A DNA stretch of 53,641 nucleotides from a virus (IMGVR_UViG_3300013119_000172:1-53641), one strand, 5' to 3'. Positions 16,877-26,326 are shown, counted from the first letter of the stretch. The notes: generated by a model not told the origin, from the sequence alone. Translations and numbers: made by a program.

Positions 16877-17615
16877 TTATTATCTCCTTACAATTTGTTT
16901 TATCTGTTACTCGTCCATATTTGTCCAACATAGTAACATTAAAGTCTTTATATAGCTTCAACACTTCAGGGTGGTAGTTGTAGACGACTATCCATTTATT
17001 TCCCAACTGAGACAATATGTCGAGTAGCTCTGAATGATTCAATATTGATACATCAAAAGATTCTGAAGCAGATGTTAAAAAATCATACTTGAAATCGCCC
17101 ACTGGGAATAATAGTGTATCTGTTGGCCTTATACTTTTTACTACTTCACTTAACGTTCTCTCTCTGTCTCTAACGAAAGATATATTATCGTTTTTGAAAT
17201 TTCTAGCTCTCATAGTTGCAATTGGGTTAAATCCACTACGCTCTAGTGTACCACAAGATGCCAAACCCTCCGATGAACACCGATTTAGGACATAAAACAA
17301 TGCTGCCCTATATAGCGGATCTGCGTGGGTGTGCCAACTTTCCTGCATAAAAGAATAATAATCATCCTCCATGCTATGATATATGTTTTCTGCCAGACCT
17401 ATTATTCTATCTGGAGATTCTTGTATTAATGTCCAAAATTCATATATCGCCTGTTTATCTGTATGGGCTACTACTTTTCTGTCACTAGTCGCTATGCCTA
17501 GTTCCAAGTCCCCAGTATAAAGCATAAATGAGTGCACAGTGGCAACAGAAGAAATATTTAGATCAATATAGTAATGAGCTTGTGATCGTGACGTATTTCT
17601 AAGAGGACTCTTCAT
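16863..17615 (-). CDS. Degenerate Dam-like (D12 class) methyltransferase homolog
   Basis: MKSPLR start, RAALFYVLNR..EG and HSELLDIL..WIVVYN..EVLKLYKDFN...EIIIGNY follow the Dam layout, but FxGxG and DPPY are missing. Confidence 0.65.
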   Translation of the reverse strand: MKSPLRNTSRSQAHYYIDLNISSVATVHSFMLYTGDLELGIATSDRKVVAHTDKQAIYEFWTLIQESPDRIIGLAENIYHSMEDDYYSFMQESWHTHADPLYRAALFYVLNRCSSEGLASCGTLERSGFNPIATMRARNFKNDNISFVRDRERTLSEVVKSIRPTDTLLFPVGDFKYDFLTSASESFDVSILNHSELLDILSQLGNKWIVVYNYHPEVLKLYKDFNVTMLDKYGRVTDKTNCKEIIIGNY

Positions 17616-17928
17616 CGTTATTTTGGCTCTGGGGGTATTGCTGCTGGGGAGGCTGGCTATCTTGCTGAACCTTGTAGGATACATAGTTGGTGATTAGTGT
17701 CGACACATCCGACAGGATAAAATCAATGTCTGCTAGGTGTTCACGGATTGCTGATATATCTTCAACAGTCTTCATTGTCATTATAAAATCCAGACCATTG
17801 CGGTGAGCGGCCTCAAGACTTTCTACTTGATCTATAAGACGATGATTCGATTTATTTAATAGATTGTTGACTTCAAGTGGCAACTCGTCTAAATCAATAG
17901 TATATTGAATTTTTACCCTCTGTTTCAT
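17599..17928 (-). CDS. Hypothetical protein
   Basis: TAATG overlap; helical, with a Gln-rich tail. Confidence 0.7.
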   Translation of the reverse strand: MKQRVKIQYTIDLDELPLEVNNLLNKSNHRLIDQVESLEAAHRNGLDFIMTMKTVEDISAIREHLADIDFILSDVSTLITNYVSYKVQQDSQPPQQQYPQSQNNDEESS

Positions 17929-18227
17929 TATCCCTTCAGTAGTGTTCTGGACACTTGGTTCATTTTGTTTTCGATTATCTGTGGACTGCCGATAACAATA
18001 ATGTCTGCTGGGGTTGCGCCCCTGTTAATTGTTATCTTGGAGAACATGTGGCCGATCTCTAAGTCGCCATGAATCAAACGTTCCTCATTCAATCGGCGAG
18101 TATGCGCTTCCTCTCGAATCATAATAACATGCTCTGGGTTGATGTGAATTTCTCGTAGCGAGTATTCTCTGCCAGTTGTTATGGCCAAGTTTGAGTGGAC
18201 TTCAGTTAGTTTGATTAGCATTTGCAT
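17928..18227 (-). CDS. Hypothetical protein (weakly FlbD-like)
   Basis: MLIKLTE...IHINPEHVIMIREE; GGAGG RBS. Confidence 0.7.
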   Translation of the reverse strand: MQMLIKLTEVHSNLAITTGREYSLREIHINPEHVIMIREEAHTRRLNEERLIHGDLEIGHMFSKITINRGATPADIIVIGSPQIIENKMNQVSRTLLKG

Positions 18228-18420
18228 CCTCCATTGGATATATTTTATTTTTTAGTGTCGACCATCGCTGCCCCCTGACAACGACTTCTGCCCAGCGATC
18301 ATCTTCTTTCAAAAAGATACCAATCTCTGGCTTTTCGGTGGTTAATATCAGCGAAGGATACTTCACACCCTCTCTTAAAGTCACTCCTTGTGGGATATGA
18401 CACAAATCTCCTGATTTCAT
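18202..18420 (-). CDS. Small hypothetical, KOW/SH3-like
   Basis: MKSGDLCHIP start 1 nt after the groEL stop. Confidence 0.6.
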   Translation of the reverse strand: MKSGDLCHIPQGVTLREGVKYPSLILTTEKPEIGIFLKEDDRWAEVVVRGQRWSTLKNKIYPMEDANANQTN

Positions 18421-18421
18421 T

Positions 18422-19999
18422 TTAACTTTGTCCTGTTTGTATAATCCCAAAATTAGTTGTGATGAGGGTGCCAGCACAACTAGCAGCGTTTTGGAGAGCC
18501 GTTCGGGTTACCTTCACTGGGTCTATGATCCCACTTTCAATCATATTGGTTAATTTCGAATTTCTGAAGTCCCAGCCTTGATCGGGGTCTGCATTTGCTA
18601 CTTGTTCAATGATCAAGTCTGGTGAGTCACCAGCGTTTATTGCCATTTGACGAATTGGTTCTCGGCAAGCTGCAACAACAATCTGTTTTGCCACATTTTG
18701 AACAGTATTATCAACATCTAGCGATATTTGTTTGGCCGCTCGCAGCAAAGCTGAGCCGCCGCCTGAAACAATGCCTTCCTCTTGAGCAGATCTGACTGCC
18801 TCTAGTGCATCCTCAATTCGGTGCTTCTTCTCGGTCATCTCTACTTCTGTGGAGCCTCCTACTCGGATGACAGCGACACCTGATGATAATCGCACTATAC
18901 GCTCCTGTATTCGTTCACATTCTTGAATAGACTCAGTACCCTTGATTATATTTTTTAACGTCTCTATTCTGCCCTCAACGGCCTCGTAGTCGCTTGAGCC
19001 ACCGACTATGGTGGTTATATATTTTGTGCTCTCGATGAACTTGGCTGTTCCGAGGTCTGCAAGTGTTACTTCGGTCAGTTTCTGACCACTCTCGCGAGTC
19101 ACAAACGTGGCAGATGTTGAGATTGCCAAATCATTTAGCATATTGCGGCGTTCTTGGCCGTAAAACGGTGCCTTGATTGCGGCAATCTTTAGTGTGCCTC
19201 GCATAGCGTTCATAATCATTGCGGCAAGGGCTTGACCCTCGATATCTTCTGCCACTAAGATAAGCGGTCTCCCTTCACGAGCAACCATTTCTAAGATGGG
19301 CAATATTTGCTCTACTGCCGATACCTTGTGATCTGTCACCAAAATCAGGGGCTCTTCGTAGTGCATGATTGCTCGGCGCTCGTCGGTTATAAATGCGCCG
19401 GCGCTATAGCCAGATTCAAACTTGAAGCCCTCTGTTACATCTAGGGATGTCTCTAGTGAGCGAGACTCTTCGATAGTGATTGAGCCATCTTGGCCAACAC
19501 GATCAACCGCAAGAGAGATAAGTTTTCCAATTGTTTCATCATTGTTGGCTGATATTGTGGCTATGTGCGCAATATCTTCTACACTTGTCACTGGTGTTGC
19601 CATTTCCTTAAGAACTTTGGCTATCTCCCCTGTGACAGTCTCAATGCCTCTCTGTAGCTCTATTGGCGACACCCCAGACGCTATAAAACGCTGTGATTCT
19701 CGCAGGATAGCTCTTGCTAATACTGTTGATGTTGTTGTGCCATCGCCAGCATCGTTATTGGTATTGACTGCTGCTTGGCGGATGATCTCTGCGCCAGCGT
19801 TCTCTATTGGATCATCTAGCTGTACGAAGGCTGCGACCGTTACGCCATCTTTTGTAATGAAAGGTGATTTACCTTTCTCTTGTAAGAGAACATTGCGTCC
19901 TCTTGGGCCTAGCGTTGAAGCTACATTGTCTGCTAGTGTGTCTACGCCTCGTAAAATCTTTTCTTGTAGTGTACTGCCATTATCATAAGTTCTGCTCAT
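18422..19999 (-). CDS. groEL: Chaperonin GroEL
   Basis: TLGPRGRNV, ITKDGVTVA, AGDGTTT, GGGSALL, GIIDPVKV; no GGM tail. Confidence 0.97.
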   Translation of the reverse strand: MSRTYDNGSTLQEKILRGVDTLADNVASTLGPRGRNVLLQEKGKSPFITKDGVTVAAFVQLDDPIENAGAEIIRQAAVNTNNDAGDGTTTSTVLARAILRESQRFIASGVSPIELQRGIETVTGEIAKVLKEMATPVTSVEDIAHIATISANNDETIGKLISLAVDRVGQDGSITIEESRSLETSLDVTEGFKFESGYSAGAFITDERRAIMHYEEPLILVTDHKVSAVEQILPILEMVAREGRPLILVAEDIEGQALAAMIMNAMRGTLKIAAIKAPFYGQERRNMLNDLAISTSATFVTRESGQKLTEVTLADLGTAKFIESTKYITTIVGGSSDYEAVEGRIETLKNIIKGTESIQECERIQERIVRLSSGVAVIRVGGSTEVEMTEKKHRIEDALEAVRSAQEEGIVSGGGSALLRAAKQISLDVDNTVQNVAKQIVVAACREPIRQMAINAGDSPDLIIEQVANADPDQGWDFRNSKLTNMIESGIIDPVKVTRTALQNAASCAGTLITTNFGIIQTGQS

Positions 20000-20026
20000 T
20001 AAGTCCTCTATTTGTTAGGTATTGTT

Positions 20027-20055
20027 ATTGTAACCCATTGCGGAAAAGATGTCAA
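20027..20055 (-). promoter_or_regulatory. Sigma70-type promoter TTGACA-17-TACAAT for groEL
   Basis: Near-consensus, directly upstream of the GAGGA RBS. Confidence 0.85.
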
Positions 20056-21230
20056 GTGTTTTCTTTAACTAAATCTGTTGGTGGGGTGCAACTTTCGTCG
20101 CCGTGGACATTTTTCTGTACCGTTTCTGAGAAAATGTTTGTGTCTGATTTGAATCTTTCTGCCGATGTGGCGGTCATGGTTGATAAAAAATGATTCATAT
20201 CTAATAGTACTTGATCAAATCGCTGTTGTACTTCCAACAGTTGACTCTTTATATCCTCTAGATTTTCATTTGCCACTTGTAGAAGCTTTTGGTCGTCAGT
20301 TACAAGAGTCGCAATTAGATTTTCTGATGTAGCATATTCCGATGATTTGATTTTAAAGGAGTTTCGCAGATAATGAGCTACTGATTTATCACCCTCATTC
20401 ACCTTCTTTTGCAACCCTAAGTCGCCAGCTATGTCTGCAATGCTTTTTGGCTTACTTGCCTGGTCGTGTCTTCTAGTGTAGATATGCCAAATCTCATCGA
20501 AATGGGGTACCAGTTTTCGTGCATCATCTGCTGTTAGAGTGAATTTGAATACCTCTATTTGAGATACTGAAGAGCCTTGTCCTTCTTTAGAGAGAACATA
20601 GTATATCATATGGGCACTATCTAAATCCTCATACCTGTCGCCAACAGAGGCAGCCAACCCTCGTACAAGGTTAGCACCGGCGCCTTCTACACTTTTTCCA
20701 TTCGCGATAGATTTAAGGGAATAGAACTCTTCACCATTTCCAGTTGGAATAATGAAGTCTTGAATGCCAGCGGTGTCGGTGGCTCTCACTTGATAGCCTC
20801 CAAATAGAGCTGACAGAAATCCTTCCATAATAAACCCAGCGGTGGTGGCATCGAACTCTGCGAATACTCTTGAAATTGTGTTTAACAATTGAATGGTAGA
20901 GACAGTTTTAGATAGTTGGCACGTGCCTTCTTGACGATCTGGGCTGGAGTTTTGAATTTGCATTAGGTTATTCTGTAATGCTTGGAAAACACCATCTGGT
21001 GTGCCATCTGATTCTAGTGATTTAACATAATGTTCGACAATTTGTCGATCTAATGTATTGTCACTTTCGTTGGAGACCTTTGCGCCCCATCGGGAAGTAT
21101 TGATTGCTAGGTTACCTAAAATGTCCTCTATGGACTTTACCTTCTCTTCTTCTAGAATTTGTTTAGCCTGAATCACAGGAGCAGCATCCATTGCCTCCTC
21201 AATTAGCGCAAGTATTTCTTTTATATCCAT
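20052..21230 (-). CDS. Hypothetical protein with possible PD-(D/E)XK nuclease-like core
   Basis: AGFIMEGFLSALFGG...IQDF...YSLKS pattern; Glu-rich leader. Confidence 0.6.
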   Translation of the reverse strand: MDIKEILALIEEAMDAAPVIQAKQILEEEKVKSIEDILGNLAINTSRWGAKVSNESDNTLDRQIVEHYVKSLESDGTPDGVFQALQNNLMQIQNSSPDRQEGTCQLSKTVSTIQLLNTISRVFAEFDATTAGFIMEGFLSALFGGYQVRATDTAGIQDFIIPTGNGEEFYSLKSIANGKSVEGAGANLVRGLAASVGDRYEDLDSAHMIYYVLSKEGQGSSVSQIEVFKFTLTADDARKLVPHFDEIWHIYTRRHDQASKPKSIADIAGDLGLQKKVNEGDKSVAHYLRNSFKIKSSEYATSENLIATLVTDDQKLLQVANENLEDIKSQLLEVQQRFDQVLLDMNHFLSTMTATSAERFKSDTNIFSETVQKNVHGDESCTPPTDLVKENT

Positions 21231-21234
21231 TTTG

Positions 21235-21840
21235 TTACCTCATAATTATGTCGGCAATGCCGAGTTCAATTGCCTCTTCTGCAGTTAAGTAGATGTTGAC
21301 TTTGCGTTCTAGCATTTTCTTAAGTTGAGATTTAGTCATCTTTGTCTCCGCAACCAAGCTGTTGATATACATATCTTGTAGTTGTTGGATGGCTTCCATC
21401 TCATTTACAAGATTGTGCAGCGGGCCATGGTTTCCGGCAATAACGCTGTGAATCATTATGCGGCAATTCTTTGCCACCTTGCGCTTACCCTTTGTTCCGC
21501 CGGCCAAGAGCAGAACACCCGCTGACATTACTTTGCCAACGCCTACTGTGTGTACTTCAGTTGTTGATTCAATCATCTTCATAATATCAAACAAAGCAAA
21601 CATATCATCTGCACTGCCGCCATACGTTGAGAGGTAGAAATCCACGTGCTTTCTTTTCTTAGGTGGAGCGACTTTGTTCATCTCGTTTAAAAACAAGAGA
21701 GCATGTGATAATTCAGCTATCTTTTCTTCACTGACATCAGAAAAGAGACCTATTAGTCTCATATCTATTTCCTCTTGCCCTTTTTCTGCCTGATGTTCTG
21801 TAGGCGAGCCTACTAATTTCTGAACTATCTTGTTAATCAT
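21235..21840 (-). CDS. clpP: ClpP-like protease (copy 1)
   Basis: STYGGS, VMSAG (catalytic Ser), IMIH, YLTAEEAIELGIAD. Confidence 0.88.
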   Translation of the reverse strand: MINKIVQKLVGSPTEHQAEKGQEEIDMRLIGLFSDVSEEKIAELSHALLFLNEMNKVAPPKKRKHVDFYLSTYGGSADDMFALFDIMKMIESTTEVHTVGVGKVMSAGVLLLAGGTKGKRKVAKNCRIMIHSVIAGNHGPLHNLVNEMEAIQQLQDMYINSLVAETKMTKSQLKKMLERKVNIYLTAEEAIELGIADIIMR

Positions 21841-21899
21841 TTTAAAATCCTTTAGTATTTTTAGTATACAAACAAATAACCACCGATCACTCAGTGGTT

Positions 21900-21928
21900 A
21901 TTGTATCTTATCGTAGGTGAAGAGTCAA
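21900..21928 (-). promoter_or_regulatory. Sigma70-type promoter TTGACT-17-TACAAT overlapped by a 9-bp inverted repeat
   Basis: Consensus spacing; inverted repeat at 21875-21902. Confidence 0.75.
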
Positions 21929-21930
21929 CC

Positions 21931-22710
21931 CTATTTCTTTGCAAGTCGGTCAAAAACTCTCTGTGCTAGTTTTTCAGCAAGAGCTTCTCTTTTGGAACTG
22001 GTTTGTAGTTTTTTAGCTACTCGCCTTGCCACTTCGTTTACAATTTTTGACTCACTTGTGACAGCTTGACGGCGATCAGATTGTTGGTTTTTCTTTCGCA
22101 AGGCTACCATATCTGGATGGTTGTAATCCTTGTCTGCATCTGGATCAACTCGTGGGCTGCCGACTGAAGCAGCTGCTCTATGTGGGGCAGTTTTTGCACC
22201 GGCATGAGCTTCTTCAATCTCTTCTTCATCTTCAAGGCCAGCAAGAGGATCTTCTTCGCCCATATCAGCCATTGGTTCTTCCATTGGCTCAGCCATTGGT
22301 TCTTCCAAAGGAGCTTCGGCACCTAAGTCATCAGTAGCTCCAAATTCATCTTCTAGTCCATCTTCATCACGCTCTGTGCTAATGTGGACACCTAGTGGGG
22401 ATAGTACATCAGCGACGGCACCCATCATGCTCTCAACAGCACCCTCTAGTGCTTCAACTGCTTCAGGAGGCAATTGCTCATTTGCTGGAGCATCTTCTAT
22501 GGCGTCTAGCTCTGGAGCAACGTCTAGTTCTGGAGCGGAAGGTTCGATATCAACTTCCTCTGGGGATAGCTCTTCGCTTTCGTCCCCTAAATCCTCAAGG
22601 TCTTCTTCTGGTTCTCCGTACAATTCATCAAGCCTGGTCGTTGGGGCCAAGTCAGCCAGTGTCATAAAGCGTCTAAGTTCCGCTTCTGTTAATAGTTTTT
22701 TTCGAGCCAT
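21931..22710 (-). CDS. Very acidic low-complexity protein, possibly head scaffold/core
   Basis: Basic N-terminus (LLTEAELRRFMTLA), D/E/P-rich middle with EPM repeats, basic helical C-terminus; ACTATTTA box. Confidence 0.65.
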   Translation of the reverse strand: MARKKLLTEAELRRFMTLADLAPTTRLDELYGEPEEDLEDLGDESEELSPEEVDIEPSAPELDVAPELDAIEDAPANEQLPPEAVEALEGAVESMMGAVADVLSPLGVHISTERDEDGLEDEFGATDDLGAEAPLEEPMAEPMEEPMADMGEEDPLAGLEDEEEIEEAHAGAKTAPHRAAASVGSPRVDPDADKDYNHPDMVALRKKNQQSDRRQAVTSESKIVNEVARRVAKKLQTSSKREALAEKLAQRVFDRLAKK

Positions 22711-22778
22711 GATTCTTTCTCTCCTTGAGTTAGTGGTTATGGGTATGTCTTAAATAGTCTTAAGAAACTTAAAGACCT

Positions 22779-23027
22779 TTAAAAAAGGCTATTGGTGGAG
22801 CATATCTCCCTAAGTTTACGTAATGCCTTGGTTTCTATTTGTTTCACACGAGAAAAAGAAATTCCTAATCGCTCTGCGACATCACGTAAAGTCATTTGCC
22901 CGTTAAGATAAATAGACACCAAAGAACAATTATGCTCTTTTTTGTAATCTATCCAATGTTTACATTTATCTTTTGTGCACGGGGTACTTGCCTCTGCACA
23001 AGTTATTGAACACCTTGGTAGTTTCAT
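22779..23027 (-). CDS. Stand-alone sigma70 region-4 HTH protein with Cys-rich N-terminus
   Basis: MTLRDVAERLGISFSRVKQIETKALRKLR matches region 4.2; five Cys upstream of it. Confidence 0.8.
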   Translation of the reverse strand: MKLPRCSITCAEASTPCTKDKCKHWIDYKKEHNCSLVSIYLNGQMTLRDVAERLGISFSRVKQIETKALRKLREICSTNSLF

Positions 23028-23386
23028 AGTTCTGGTTGCTCCTTGGCTATGAGGTCAAAAATATTTTCTATCTCACCATCATTAAGGCCAAAGTCTTTTA
23101 TCTTTTCTTTGCCCGAATCACGAAGACGCTTAGATTTACTTTTTCTGACCTTGCCTTGTGTTGCGATCAGTTCATCCACTAGCGAGTGGATTCGTTCATC
23201 ACCGGTTATGTAGGCAGTTAACACACTTCTGAAAAAGTCAGATTGTTTTATGCCATCGTGTTTAAGTCGTATTAGTAACTTAGCATGCCTATGATCATTG
23301 TCATAAAATATAATTCTCTTCTTCATATTGCCATAGTTGATGACTACTTCAAAATCTTCAACAAAGTCTTTTTCCTCGTCTGACAT
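23024..23386 (-). CDS. Hypothetical protein, possibly DNA-binding
   Basis: KKRIIFY...LLIRLKHDGIKQSDFFRSVL is ribbon-helix-helix-like; coupled to the sigma-4 gene. Confidence 0.6.
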   Translation of the reverse strand: MSDEEKDFVEDFEVVINYGNMKKRIIFYDNDHRHAKLLIRLKHDGIKQSDFFRSVLTAYITGDERIHSLVDELIATQGKVRKSKSKRLRDSGKEKIKDFGLNDGEIENIFDLIAKEQPEL

Positions 23387-24414
23387 CACCACTTCCTGTT
23401 GGTAATGTGAGTGGCACTCTCATAGACTCCACTTGCTGTCTGTTCAATGAATTGAGCCTTTGTTTGCAACTCTTCAATGGAGCGAGCACCAGAATAAGAT
23501 AGGCCAGAGCGAATTCCCTTATTGAGATCAAGAAGTACATCTTCAATGGCGCCGCGAAATGGCACCTTGGCGGCTATGCCCTCAAAAGACGAATACTGTC
23601 CACGCCACTCTACTTGTGCCTCTTTTGATGCCATGCCTCGATACGACTTCCATTTGTTTCCGTCTTCGTCTTCAAATGCCTCGCCTGGTGTTTCAGTTGT
23701 TCCGGAAAGAAGCGAACCACACATTACTGCATCGGCTCCTGCTGCTAAAGCTTTTACTATATCGCCAGAGGTTCGTATTCCCCCATCAGCTATAATTTTA
23801 ATATTGCGGTCAGTCTTAGCACAATCAAGGATTGTTTGGAAACCTGCGACACCATGACCAGTTTGAATTCTCGTACTACAGATGCTTCCGCCGCCTATGT
23901 TACATCGGGCACTATCTGCTCCCCAATCAGCCAAGTCATTGACTGCTTCCAGGGTGGCGACATTGCCGGCCATAATATGAATATTGTCGTCAAGGGCAAC
24001 CCTCAAGTACTCAATTGCATCCTTTACTAACGTGTGATGGCCATGAGCAACATCGACACACAAGAAAGTGGCACCAGCATATACTGCAGCGACAGCTCGA
24101 TCAATAAAGTCCCCAGAGACACCGACTGCTACACCGACGGCAGCATCTGGTTCTTTTCCTAGTGTGGCCGAAGCAATCATAGCCACCTGTTCGTCGATGG
24201 TGTTATATCTGTGGATTACTGCGGTGGCACCCAGACGTTGCATCTCTTTTGCCATAGCGGCGCCTGATATTGTATCCATTGGCGAAGCTATAATTGGAAT
24301 ATTGAGCGTAAAGCCTTTTCCCATATACATTGTTGTATCAATTTCGTTGCGAGACCGTATGTCTGAGAATTGTGGAACTAGTAGTACGTCGTCATATGCA
24401 AGTGTACGCTTCAT
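23386..24414 (-). CDS. IMP dehydrogenase / GMP reductase family protein without CBS domains
   Basis: YDDVLLVP, SPMDT, DVAHGH, GGGSICSTR (catalytic Cys), IADGGIR, YRGMAS. Confidence 0.93.
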   Translation of the reverse strand: MKRTLAYDDVLLVPQFSDIRSRNEIDTTMYMGKGFTLNIPIIASPMDTISGAAMAKEMQRLGATAVIHRYNTIDEQVAMIASATLGKEPDAAVGVAVGVSGDFIDRAVAAVYAGATFLCVDVAHGHHTLVKDAIEYLRVALDDNIHIMAGNVATLEAVNDLADWGADSARCNIGGGSICSTRIQTGHGVAGFQTILDCAKTDRNIKIIADGGIRTSGDIVKALAAGADAVMCGSLLSGTTETPGEAFEDEDGNKWKSYRGMASKEAQVEWRGQYSSFEGIAAKVPFRGAIEDVLLDLNKGIRSGLSYSGARSIEELQTKAQFIEQTASGVYESATHITNRKW

Positions 24415-24786
24415 TTACTCTTCCCTTTTCTCTTTGCTCTTGGGAGTTTTCTTTTTTCCTTTCTTTGTTCTCTCGGCATTTTCTAAGCTTTTTCTCAATG
24501 TTGGTGAGCGTTCAGGTGTCACAACCAATGGCGGCTTATTTGATGCGGGCTTTGGTGGTGGCTGTGGAATTGGCTGTGGGGCTGGCGGGCTTATTATATG
24601 TCCAAAGTATTGCTGTAGTGTGTGGATAGCCGCTTCGGCCTGGACAGCATCCATAGCGCATTCAATGATCTCATCTACAGCATTGTTGACAGGATGGGAT
24701 AATAGATTATCCATAGCGGCGACATTTTCCAATAATTCGCTGCGTAGTCGATGGATAGCTGACTCTAATAAAACTTTTTTTGACAT
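24415..24786 (-). CDS. Hypothetical protein with Pro-rich linker and basic tail
   Basis: Start MSKKVLL after AAGGAG. Confidence 0.65.
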   Translation of the reverse strand: MSKKVLLESAIHRLRSELLENVAAMDNLLSHPVNNAVDEIIECAMDAVQAEAAIHTLQQYFGHIISPPAPQPIPQPPPKPASNKPPLVVTPERSPTLRKSLENAERTKKGKKKTPKSKEKREE

Positions 24787-25145
24787 TATGTATTCTCCTT
24801 GTTTATGAATGTTTGTATGTCCTTGGCGGTGTACCAAGTTTTCTTGTCTGGGATTTTTGGGTCCGACATGATTCTTATCTTTGGCTTGTTTGTTCCTACT
24901 TTGATCATTGCTATCGTAGGTACTCCATTGAAATTCAGAATGTCCTCAATTCTCGGATAATCATCGACGTTGAATGCAAAAAACGATGCATCTGTGTTTT
25001 GTTCAGAAATGTCTGAGAATGTTGGCTGTAATTCTCTACAATATGGGCAAGAATTGGAGTAGAACTTTACAATGCAGGTTGTTTGTTGCTTAACTTGTCC
25101 TGCGAGGATCTTTTGTAAGGCTGGTTTTGATAGTCGTGGTGTCAT
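24786..25145 (-). CDS. Thioredoxin-family protein
   Basis: VKFYSNSCPYC, FNVDD and GVPT cis-Pro motif. Confidence 0.88.
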   Translation of the reverse strand: MTPRLSKPALQKILAGQVKQQTTCIVKFYSNSCPYCRELQPTFSDISEQNTDASFFAFNVDDYPRIEDILNFNGVPTIAMIKVGTNKPKIRIMSDPKIPDKKTWYTAKDIQTFINKENT

Positions 25146-25462
25146 TTTGCCTTCACATTATCAATAAGGCGATTCAGGTACCATTGAGCTTTTTCAAGAT
25201 CTTGAAGTGGAACGCCTTTGTGAGCATAACGCGATACATATTTTACCACATTACCTGCATGGAAATCGAGCCCCCAGTCCTCAATCACGTCTATAACTTC
25301 GTAGTTGCCTTGATTATAGTGAGGGGGATGATCGACGTTCTTATTGTTCGGAGTAGTCGGTAGTGACTGTGTATAAATCGTGGCCTCTATGAACTCTTTG
25401 GCAACTTCCTCTGTGGTTGGGGCTAAGTTGCTGTATACGTCTATTTGGTTATCTTTTTTCAT
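25142..25462 (-). CDS. DUF3310 / T7 gp1.7-like nucleotide kinase
   Basis: NVDHPPHY..G..EVIDVI...GNVVKYVSRY.HKG...DLEKAQWYL signature. Confidence 0.85.
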   Translation of the reverse strand: MKKDNQIDVYSNLAPTTEEVAKEFIEATIYTQSLPTTPNNKNVDHPPHYNQGNYEVIDVIEDWGLDFHAGNVVKYVSRYAHKGVPLQDLEKAQWYLNRLIDNVKAK

Positions 25463-26061
25463 ATTCTCTCTCCATCGGGCGACTTGCCCAAAATCATTTG
25501 TTCAAACATCGGCAATGACTCACACCAGTCACAGAAACTGCCCCAATCGTCTTTTAGTTTGTGGCGGCGACGTTGGTGATACATTGTCTTGAGTTGTAAA
25601 TAGTTTGTTGTGAATGCTGCCCACATCGAGAAACCTAGCGGAGTGGATGCCAGGAGTTTCATTCTATTCTCGTAACTGTGTTTATCATCTCGGAACTGCT
25701 GCTGAAGTTCTTCTACGATGGCTATGATGCGAGGGTCTGTGTGGGGGTCGCACTGATTGGCGAGGTTCGCTCTACCAAGTCGGTGCATTTTTGATTGCGA
25801 TGTCACTATCTCGAACCAGTGGTAGCGTTGTAACTGGGGCAGGAAATAATGGGGGGCATAAATATCACCCTGCACGATAATGCCCTTGAGAAATGTGTCA
25901 TGGCCGCTGCCTATCTTAACCTTTCCGAGTTTGGATGATCGTTTGATGTCCTCGGCATTACCTACGTCTGTAAGGTCTGGATCGCCCATCTTCATACTGT
26001 ATGCGGCTTTGCGCATTGAGCGTTCGAGTCCGAATATTTCGACGTTTTTGATTTCAACCAT
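25459..26061 (-). CDS. Divergent ThyX-like (flavin-dependent thymidylate synthase-like) protein
   Basis: GHDTFL, QLQRYH..SQS and TNYLQLKTMYHQRRRH follow the ThyX layout, with a divergent RHR motif. Confidence 0.6.
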   Translation of the reverse strand: MVEIKNVEIFGLERSMRKAAYSMKMGDPDLTDVGNAEDIKRSSKLGKVKIGSGHDTFLKGIIVQGDIYAPHYFLPQLQRYHWFEIVTSQSKMHRLGRANLANQCDPHTDPRIIAIVEELQQQFRDDKHSYENRMKLLASTPLGFSMWAAFTTNYLQLKTMYHQRRRHKLKDDWGSFCDWCESLPMFEQMILGKSPDGERI

Positions 26062-26324
26062 TAATCGTTTCTCTCTTTGACAAAATCTTCAATTATTGCT
26101 TGTGCTTTGCTCCAGCAATCGGGGCAATAGACGCGCACTGTGTCCTCATCCTGTACGACAACGTTCCAAGTTTGTGCCATCTCTTTGCTTTTCTTGTCAA
26201 ATGGCGCTAGACACGCTGAACATGCGTCTGGTAGCTTATTGAATTGGAAAATTTTCTGGGTCAAATCTTCGGCGTTTTCTTTGCCTACTTCTCTCTCCAT
26301 TTGACGGCGTTGTTTTCTATTCAT
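26061..26324 (-). CDS. Small Zn-finger-like protein
   Basis: MNRKQRR start; CSAC and CPDC pairs. Confidence 0.75.
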   Translation of the reverse strand: MNRKQRRQMEREVGKENAEDLTQKIFQFNKLPDACSACLAPFDKKSKEMAQTWNVVVQDEDTVRVYCPDCWSKAQAIIEDFVKERND

Positions 26325-26326
26325 TA

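Noticed and set aside
21875-21902. CIRCE/HrcA operator
   Set aside because: The sequence does not match TTAGCACTC-N9-GAGTGCTAA, and none is seen before groEL.
25597-25604. Intragenic TAAATAGT copies (here and at 51023-51030)
   Set aside because: Far from start codons and inside coding sequence; compatible with chance in AT-rich DNA, so not counted as promoters.
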